Source of the DNA: a virus
Strand: one strand, 5' to 3'
IMG/VR virus record: IMGVR_UViG_3300022074_000015
Coordinates: 22,371-86,370 of that record
Length of the DNA: 64,000 nucleotides
Below, one piece after another: positions 57,901-64,000 of this stretch. The notes below the pieces were generated by a model. It was not told where the DNA came from, ran no database searches, and saw nothing but the letters and a program-made list of their open reading frames with translations. Positions within the stretch are counted from its first letter, which is position 1, and every line of letters begins with the position of its first letter. A program made the translations under genes and the position numbers.

Positions 57901-60900
57901 ATAATAAAGTTTCACAAGCGAGTGGTGAATTCTCTAGTTTCAAATACAGTCAGAATATTACTGATCTTTATCCACAGTTAGACAGAGATAATGAGGAGGA
58001 TAATCCACCAGCAGCAGCATCCTACGCAAAGAGAACTCCTCTTGGAGAAGTTGTTACCAATGACTTAAAGAGAAGTTTGACCAGAGAAACTATTGACTCT
58101 TTCTTTGGAGCATATTCTCTAGGTAATAGAATTGTAGGTGTTACTGATAATGGTAACAATACTAGAACTTTAACTCTTCTTGAAGAGCATGGTTTGAATA
58201 GCATACACTTTGATGCTGATTCTACCAGTTTTGCTAATGCTGGATCTGGTCATACTCCTGGCACATATTATAATGTAAAATTATTCAATGATCCTTCTTC
58301 ACCATCAATAGCAATATGGGATGGTGCCACAGCAACTGTCACGATTGATAGTAATGGCGCTGCTAGCCAATATACTGTCATAGAACATGGATCTGGATAC
58401 ACTGCGAACGAAACTCTCTACTTTGATACAACAGTAATTGGTGGAACACCATCTGCCACTTCAGCATCCATTACAGTTGCCTCTACTAATATAAGTGATG
58501 GATCTGATAGTTATGTTCAAATAACCGGTATCGGAACTGCCACTGGTGGATATTATAGGATTGATGGAAGTAGTGGATCCTTACAAAACAAAAATCAAAT
58601 TGTTATTAAAACACATACTAGCTCTCCTGAAATAAATCCAGGAGAATATGTTACTGTAGTTGGTAAAGTTAAACAACTTACTTCTATTACTGGTTCTTCT
58701 GGCAGTGTCTTTACCGCCTTGTCGGCTGAAGAAAATAATTTATCAAACGGAAATTCAATTGAACTTTTAGATACTAATGATGTAAGTTTAGGTAATTTTG
58801 TTGTTAGTTCTATTGAAAAAAGTAGTGGGGACTGGTCTTATGGAATTTTCTCTGATGTCAATTTAACAGGTGCTAAGTATTACTTAAAACATGCATTATC
58901 TGCTAATGATGCTAGTGCTGATAATTTTGGTGAAAACATTGGAACTAGACTTCATACATTCTTTGATAATGAATCACTAAAAGTCGGTGGAACCACTGAT
59001 ATTGATATTACACAAACAAAAATTCCATATACAACAACCTTATCACATATTGGATCTAGATTCCCTCTCGGATGCTATATTCAAATTGATAATGAAATTA
59101 TGAGAGTCAGATCGTCGACGATCATAAACAATGAATTAGAAGTAATTCGTGGTTCTATGGGAACCATCGCTGAGAGGCACCAACCAAATTCTGAAATCAG
59201 GAAAATTAAATTACTTCCTATTGAACTTCGTAGACCATCTATTCTTCGTGCTTCCGGTCACACCTTTGAATATCTTGGATATGGTCCTGGTAACTACTCT
59301 ACAGGTCTTCCACAGGTTCAGGTTAAGACTCTTAGTGAAGATGAAGAGTTCTTGTCACAATCACAAGAAACTGCCGGTGGAACAGTTCTATACACTGGTA
59401 TGGATAGTGACGGTGACTTCTATATTGGAAATACTAAGTATTCTGCTCAATCTGGAGAGCAAAAAACATTTGATGTTCCAATTCCAACCATCACAGGTCA
59501 AGATCCAAATACACTGAGTGTTGTATTTGACGAAGTTATTGTTAAAGATAGAATTCTGGTTGAGGGTGGTAAGTCTAAACAATTACTTTCGCAATTTGAT
59601 GGTCCTGTAACATTCTCATCAACAGTTAGATTCAGTAAACCAATGACTCTAACTTCTGTTCCTAAGTCTCTTAGGACAAATGGATCAGTTGACATTGGTT
59701 CCGAAACTGACGCTAATAACTGCACTGATCAAAATGCAGCACTGAGAGTTTCTGGTGGTGCTGCTATTGGAAAGAGTTTACATGTTTGTGAAAGAGGGAC
59801 ATTTAATTCAACAAATAATATCAACAGCATAAGTAGTGGTGGTGGTACTCCTAGTGGGTTCTTTGGTGGTGGCGTACATGTTGGAAAAGATCTTTATGTT
59901 GGTGATGATTTGTGGGTTCAAGATCAGTTACAAGTTAATGATCGTGCTCTTGTAGAAACCCATATTAGGATAGGTGGTGATTCTAATTTAAGTGGACATT
60001 ATCCTTCATCTAACCTTCTAGGAGGAGTCTTAGACCAGGGTCTTCAACCTTCTGTAGATGCTTCTGATTCTGGTGGTTTTGGTGTTGGTATTGGTTGTAA
60101 AACCCATGCGTTTGCCGAAGCACATATTGGCAGAATAATGATAGGTTACTATGATTCTAATTCTCCAACTACTAGTGGTAACCAAACAATCACAACTAGA
60201 AGTGGTGAATTAAAGTTAAGTGCCGAGCAAGGATCCTCAGGTAGTAAAATTGAAGCTAACTCTAGATTCGAGGTTACTGTAACTGATAATTCTACCAGTA
60301 CTTCAACCGGTGCTCTGAGAGTTGAAGGTGGTGTTGGTATTAAAAAAGATGTTTTCGTTGGAGGTGATTTAGAGACTGCTTTTGTTAGAATTGACGGTAG
60401 AACAATTGAACCAAAATCTGGAAATTTATCTATTGGTAGTAATAGCAGTAATACCCAGGTAAAAGGTGATATAAGCGTAGCTAGTGCTGCTAACTTTGCT
60501 GGTAATACAGTTCAAATTACTAGTAATAAAGTCAAAGCAGCTACCTTTGAAGGTACCGTAGATATCGCAGAAACCGCAAATAAAGCAAAAGTTTTTGGTC
60601 CTGGCAGTGGCGGTGGAGAGGGTTATATGATGGTGGTTGATGGAGCTGGTCCCTCCAAAAATCTTGAAATGCATACCAATGCCCGATTTAATGGTAGTAC
60701 ATTTTCTATATCAAACTCTGACATTACCCAAACTAATCCCTCCCAATTTGTCAAGTTAATTGGTACTAACGGAAATATCGAAACTACTGGAAATATCGAT
60801 ATTGATGGAAATGTCAATTGTAATCAAGTTCGTGCTGCTGGTGACATTTTTGCTTTCTTAAGTTCTGATGAAAGATTGAAGGATAATATTTCTAAGATTG

Positions 60901-61151
60901 AAGATCCTTTAGCAAAAGTTGTTTCTCTGGGAGGATACACCTTTGATTGGAATGAAAAATCTGATAATGATGGAACTGAAACAGGTGTTATCGCTCAAGA
61001 GGTTGAATCACTTGGATTGCCAGGAATTGTCACAACTAGAAATAATGGATACAAAGCAGTTCGTTATGAAAAACTTGTTCCACTTTTAATTGAAGCTATT
61101 AAGGAACTAAATGATAAGGTTTCTTCTCTTGAAGATAAACTAAATAACTAG
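54903..61151 (+). CDS. Giant virion structural / fibre protein with C-terminal S74 chaperone domain
   Basis: MPLNKLENFIKN..GRILYVNP, ASGHTFEYLGYGPGNYSTGLPQ; ends SSDERLKDNI...GVIAQEVE...VRYEKLVPLLIEAIKEL. Confidence 0.8.
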   Translation: MPLNKLENFIKNAEGRILYVNPNDLDSTDGIENQGNSLTKPFKTIQRALLESARFSYLRGDDNDLVEKTTILVFPGEHLIDNRPGYAIKDVANNAISVAPNGAESAAQNELTLTLNSNFDLTQENNILYKFNSINGGIIIPRGTSIVGLDLRKTKVRPKYVPNPTDDNVRSSAIFRITGACYFWQFTFFDGDEAGLVYTDPIDFSTNNRSKPTFSHHKLTCFEYADGVNIPGGYSLTDLDMYYSKVSNAFNRASGREIDQKYPASPLSFAKQRPEWEIVGAFASDPITISGIISGDGSTPSNVVTVETQSAHGLNAGTPVKIKGINVEDYNISTKVVSVISERKFTYSLPSVRANLPAGAPAGLAPGNGAAAIIETDTVSGASPYIFNVSLRSVYGIQGMHADGSKADGFRSMVVAQFTAVSLQKDDRAFVKYDPSNRRWSGIGYGRVNGEALSQESSSSNDATVFHLDSDAVYRDGWTSTHIKMSNDSVIQIVSVFAIGFHKHFECLSGGDASITNSNSNFGQFSLAADGFKRAAFDKDDRGYITGVVTPRSLGNSEVEIEWAQFDLAKHDDTGFPERVYLLGYTVESEPPPIIAQGFRVGAKVNDTVFLKDSSGATFEATTLMTDTIPVNGGSNTVTGSDTSAKVFTGITLGTVNGQTVYSCTQAHNLSDGESIRIFSETGDLPEGLESNKVYYAVTKSTSNISLSNNQFRIASSVTNANLAEPITIRSYGGVQLRVESRVSDKKAGEIGHPIQYDYSKANWFVYVSGSNNTLTSKLTQLEADGANSNPVITETEISYFRRIEDGRSIDEKIYKLRYVVPKELNNSRDPVTGFVLQESATVNVRDASDFSITSITSQDYDFDRNPRFISSCTYTPSTDTIRITADRSHSLKVGDFVNLNNIPSTNNSASRDKFGFNGSFEVDTIVDGKTFTVKDTDVFGIARDPGDPIIDVQTRDKNLPNFSRNDIRKNHYIYRVETVTPFIKDVQDGVYYLYVLNADNKVSQASGEFSSFKYSQNITDLYPQLDRDNEEDNPPAAASYAKRTPLGEVVTNDLKRSLTRETIDSFFGAYSLGNRIVGVTDNGNNTRTLTLLEEHGLNSIHFDADSTSFANAGSGHTPGTYYNVKLFNDPSSPSIAIWDGATATVTIDSNGAASQYTVIEHGSGYTANETLYFDTTVIGGTPSATSASITVASTNISDGSDSYVQITGIGTATGGYYRIDGSSGSLQNKNQIVIKTHTSSPEINPGEYVTVVGKVKQLTSITGSSGSVFTALSAEENNLSNGNSIELLDTNDVSLGNFVVSSIEKSSGDWSYGIFSDVNLTGAKYYLKHALSANDASADNFGENIGTRLHTFFDNESLKVGGTTDIDITQTKIPYTTTLSHIGSRFPLGCYIQIDNEIMRVRSSTIINNELEVIRGSMGTIAERHQPNSEIRKIKLLPIELRRPSILRASGHTFEYLGYGPGNYSTGLPQVQVKTLSEDEEFLSQSQETAGGTVLYTGMDSDGDFYIGNTKYSAQSGEQKTFDVPIPTITGQDPNTLSVVFDEVIVKDRILVEGGKSKQLLSQFDGPVTFSSTVRFSKPMTLTSVPKSLRTNGSVDIGSETDANNCTDQNAALRVSGGAAIGKSLHVCERGTFNSTNNINSISSGGGTPSGFFGGGVHVGKDLYVGDDLWVQDQLQVNDRALVETHIRIGGDSNLSGHYPSSNLLGGVLDQGLQPSVDASDSGGFGVGIGCKTHAFAEAHIGRIMIGYYDSNSPTTSGNQTITTRSGELKLSAEQGSSGSKIEANSRFEVTVTDNSTSTSTGALRVEGGVGIKKDVFVGGDLETAFVRIDGRTIEPKSGNLSIGSNSSNTQVKGDISVASAANFAGNTVQITSNKVKAATFEGTVDIAETANKAKVFGPGSGGGEGYMMVVDGAGPSKNLEMHTNARFNGSTFSISNSDITQTNPSQFVKLIGTNGNIETTGNIDIDGNVNCNQVRAAGDIFAFLSSDERLKDNISKIEDPLAKVVSLGGYTFDWNEKSDNDGTETGVIAQEVESLGLPGIVTTRNNGYKAVRYEKLVPLLIEAIKELNDKVSSLEDKLNN

Positions 61152-61165
61152 AAAAGCATCCTGAG

Positions 61166-63337
61166 ATGGCGAATTATAACAAGCAGTTTAATTTTCGTAA
61201 TGGTGTTCAAGTTGATGATGATAATTTAGTAGTAAGTCCTACTGGTTTGGTTGGAATCGGCACTACGGTTCCAACTGAATTGCTAGATGTTCGTGGTGAT
61301 GCAAAAATCTCTGGATTTGCTACCGCAACTGAGTTAAGAGGACAATCTTTAGTTGTCTCTGGAATATCAACATTTAAAGAAATTAAATTACAATCTGATA
61401 GTATTATTGTTGGTAGTGGTGTAAGTATTGGTAGCGGTATTGTAACTGCTCCAGATCCAACCGGAATTGTTACTTACTATGGTGATGCTAGATACCTTCA
61501 AGGTATGCCAACTTCACAGTGGTTAGATGTTGATGCTGGATTGGGATTCATTAGCATCTATAATGTTGGAAATGTTGGTGTAGGCACCGATGACCCAAGA
61601 TTTATGCTTCAGATTGGTGGAAATACCGACACGTCTGTTGCTGGATTTGCCCCTGGTGTTGGGATTAGTTCCGAAGGGAATGTAATAGCAACAGGGATCG
61701 TAACTGCTTCAAGTTTTGTTGGCATAGGTTCATTACTAACTTTACTTAACGCTGATGAATTAGTATCTGGAACTATTGATAATGATCGACTGCCAGAGGA
61801 CATACAAATAACAGGTATTATAACTGCCAATACTTTTAAAGGTCAACAACTTAATGTAACTGGTCTAGCAACTGCTTCTAATTTTAATGGAGATTTAACT
61901 GGAGATGTCACTGGTAATTTGACAGGTGATGCGATAGTAGTTTCTGGTATTGTAACTGCTAATACTTTTAAAGGTCAACAACTTAATGTAACTGGTCTAG
62001 CAACTGCTACCACCTTCAATGGTCAACAACTTAATGTAACTGGTCTAGCAACTGCCTCTAGTTTTATTGGTAATTTAGAGGGCGATGAGATAGTAATTAC
62101 TGGAATTATTACAGCAACTTCATTAGACGGTGATGTAGTTGGAACTGCTTCAACTGCTCTTTCTTTAAGTGGAACCCCAGATATAGAAGTATCCAATGTC
62201 ATCTCTGGAATCATAACTGGAACTAGATTTGAAGGAGATGTAATCGGCACAGCTACTACAGCAACTGACTTAACTTTGAATGCTGATATAGAAATCGATA
62301 GAATTATTGTTGGAGTATCTAGCGTAAAATCCACACTTGGTATTGGAACTGATCCATTAACCGGAAGTATAACTGTTGGACTAACGACTTCAGGTATTGG
62401 TGCTGATATCTTAGTGGATAGATTTGCGGGAATCAATACCACTACCGGTGGATCTGCTTCTCTTAGATTATTATCGGATAAAGAAGAATCAGTTATAACT
62501 ATTGGGTCATCTGTACAACTTTTGGGAAGTAATGCTCAAATTAGATATGCCAATGACAGTATATCTTTTCCCTATAGTACACACAATTCTCTTGATTTTA
62601 TTAACTATGGTGATGGAAACATCAATTGTTACCTACAATCTGGCGCTCCTGGAATAGGAACTGGTGATTTCCATTGGCACAATAATGACAGTGTAATCAT
62701 GTCCCTCACATATGGGGGGAATCTGGGATTAGGTATTACTAATCCATCACAAAGATTGAATGTTCAAGGAATATCAACATTCAGTGAGGATGCTTTCTTT
62801 AGTAGTGATGTCTTTATTAGTGGAAATTTAACCATATCATCATTGAATGTATCTTCAATGAACACCAATTTATTTGGTAATGTAACTGGAGATGTCGTAT
62901 CTTCAGGAATATCCACATTTAATGATGTTTCAATAGGTAATACTGCATTTGTAGAATCACAAGCAATAGTTGGAACTGGAATTACAGTTCCTTCACATAT
63001 ACCATTTGCCGTTAATCCTGGTGAAGGACAATTCTTTATTGATGATGTCAGTCGTGTTGGAATTGGCACAAATATTGTTGGGGATGAATTTGTTCTTGAT
63101 GTATATGGTGGTATCTCTGGAACACAAGTTTCAGTTGGCACAACTATTCCACAATCATCAGTAGATTTTGCAAAGGCTGGTATTGGAACCAATACTGGAT
63201 TTATGATTCCTCCAAAAGTTTCTGATGCAGAAAGAGTTGGATTAGCAACAGTAACTGGTGCCTTCATTTACAACACAACATTTAATAAATTACAAGTTTA
63301 TACAGGTTCTTCCTGGGAAACAATTACTAGCGCATAA
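61166..63337 (+). CDS. Tail fibre protein
   Basis: FNFRNGVQVD, repeated VGIGT / GIVTA motifs, C-terminal GAFIYNTTFNKLQVYTG. Confidence 0.75.
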   Translation: MANYNKQFNFRNGVQVDDDNLVVSPTGLVGIGTTVPTELLDVRGDAKISGFATATELRGQSLVVSGISTFKEIKLQSDSIIVGSGVSIGSGIVTAPDPTGIVTYYGDARYLQGMPTSQWLDVDAGLGFISIYNVGNVGVGTDDPRFMLQIGGNTDTSVAGFAPGVGISSEGNVIATGIVTASSFVGIGSLLTLLNADELVSGTIDNDRLPEDIQITGIITANTFKGQQLNVTGLATASNFNGDLTGDVTGNLTGDAIVVSGIVTANTFKGQQLNVTGLATATTFNGQQLNVTGLATASSFIGNLEGDEIVITGIITATSLDGDVVGTASTALSLSGTPDIEVSNVISGIITGTRFEGDVIGTATTATDLTLNADIEIDRIIVGVSSVKSTLGIGTDPLTGSITVGLTTSGIGADILVDRFAGINTTTGGSASLRLLSDKEESVITIGSSVQLLGSNAQIRYANDSISFPYSTHNSLDFINYGDGNINCYLQSGAPGIGTGDFHWHNNDSVIMSLTYGGNLGLGITNPSQRLNVQGISTFSEDAFFSSDVFISGNLTISSLNVSSMNTNLFGNVTGDVVSSGISTFNDVSIGNTAFVESQAIVGTGITVPSHIPFAVNPGEGQFFIDDVSRVGIGTNIVGDEFVLDVYGGISGTQVSVGTTIPQSSVDFAKAGIGTNTGFMIPPKVSDAERVGLATVTGAFIYNTTFNKLQVYTGSSWETITSA
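61841..62055 (+). repeat. Three exact 35-bp intragenic repeats
   Basis: GGTCAACAACTTAATGTAACTGGTCTAGCAACTGC at 61841, 61973 and 62021. Confidence 0.9.
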
Positions 63338-63340
63338 CCC

Positions 63341-64000
63341 ATGATTAACAAAAATACTGGAGATCCAATTAGTTTCACAGATATAAAAAATGAGTTTGGT
63401 ATGCCACCAGGTAAAAATTTAGGTGCCTACCGTATTAGTCAGAATGTTGGTGGTTTAAGTAATTTGGGACTTGATAATGATGATGATACAGGTCAATCAC
63501 ATAGACCTCCAACATCAAGTATTCCACAATCTGGAACAATAAGATTTAGTGATTTTTATCAGAAAAGGTTAAATGTAGTTGTTGATTATTATAGTGGAGG
63601 CCCTGAAGTAGAAAGTAAGAACAATGTAAACATTAAGACTGGATATAAGCAATATAAAGCAGGAAAAGTTAAGATTTTAGGATTTAAGTCGTCCCCACCA
63701 TCAAATACCAGTGGGACTAAAATAATTATACATGTTAATAAAAGACTTTCAAGAAGTAGTTCCGGAGAAGATGGCAATAAAAAAATTACACTGAGAACTG
63801 GTGGTGCATGGGAAAGTGGCACACAACTTCGTGTTGATGTTGGGTCTGAAGGAAGAATTTTTGGTGCTGGTGGTAAAGGTGGACTTGGTGGAAAAGTAGG
63901 TATGGATGGAAAACCCGGAAAAGACGGTACTTCAGCATTAGGAATGGCATTTAATGGTGACGTTCACGTCTTTCCTAATGGTAAAATCATAGGCGGCGGA
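63341..64000 (+). CDS. Glycine-rich gp38-like adhesin (3'-truncated)
   Basis: Open to the window end: MINKNTGDPISFTDIKNEFG...IPQSGTIRFSDFY...GRIFGAGGKGG...GTSALG...NGKIIGGG. Confidence 0.65.
   Translation, partial: MINKNTGDPISFTDIKNEFGMPPGKNLGAYRISQNVGGLSNLGLDNDDDTGQSHRPPTSSIPQSGTIRFSDFYQKRLNVVVDYYSGGPEVESKNNVNIKTGYKQYKAGKVKILGFKSSPPSNTSGTKIIIHVNKRLSRSSSGEDGNKKITLRTGGAWESGTQLRVDVGSEGRIFGAGGKGGLGGKVGMDGKPGKDGTSALGMAFNGDVHVFPNGKIIGGG

Noticed and set aside
1-64000. Alternative genetic code, introns or inteins
   Set aside because: Core genes (thyX, phoH, gp32, gp59, gp4, gp26) translate full-length in the standard code without visible insertions.

Overview
A 64-kb segment of an AT-rich T4-like marine cyanophage (Kyanoviridae-type myovirus; host inferred to be Synechococcus/Prochlorococcus). 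1-30.8 kb is a tail-fibre/adhesin region: a giant virion protein, many short fibre proteins, glycine-rich adhesin-like proteins and S74 intramolecular chaperones, mostly behind T4-type late promoters, with a sigma70-driven island of three 2OG-Fe(II) oxygenases. 30.9-39.7 kb holds early/replication genes (glutaredoxin, thyX, phoH, exonuclease, gp33, gp59, gp32). 39.8-53.7 kb is the baseplate module (gp53, gp48, gp2-like, gp4, tube initiator, gp26, gp51, hub/tape-measure-like proteins, gp5, depolymerase). Three tRNAs and an unassigned structured RNA lie at about 54.2-54.5 kb, followed by more fibre genes. The most striking observation is at 33.0-34.0 kb: a perfect NtcA box and sigma70 promoter precede two tandem glutamine-II (Downstream-peptide) riboswitch-like aptamers. 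Each carries a complete small ORF inside its P2 loop, with the start-codon region base-paired to the end of the ORF. DUF4278-like (YRGxxY) peptides follow, suggesting a phage nitrogen-sensing module. Other leads are a candidate -1 frameshift fusing gp26 to gp51, a plug-and-socket grammar linking adjacent fibre genes, and a type-1 copper motif in the giant virion protein. All assignments come from motif recognition by eye; no searches were run.
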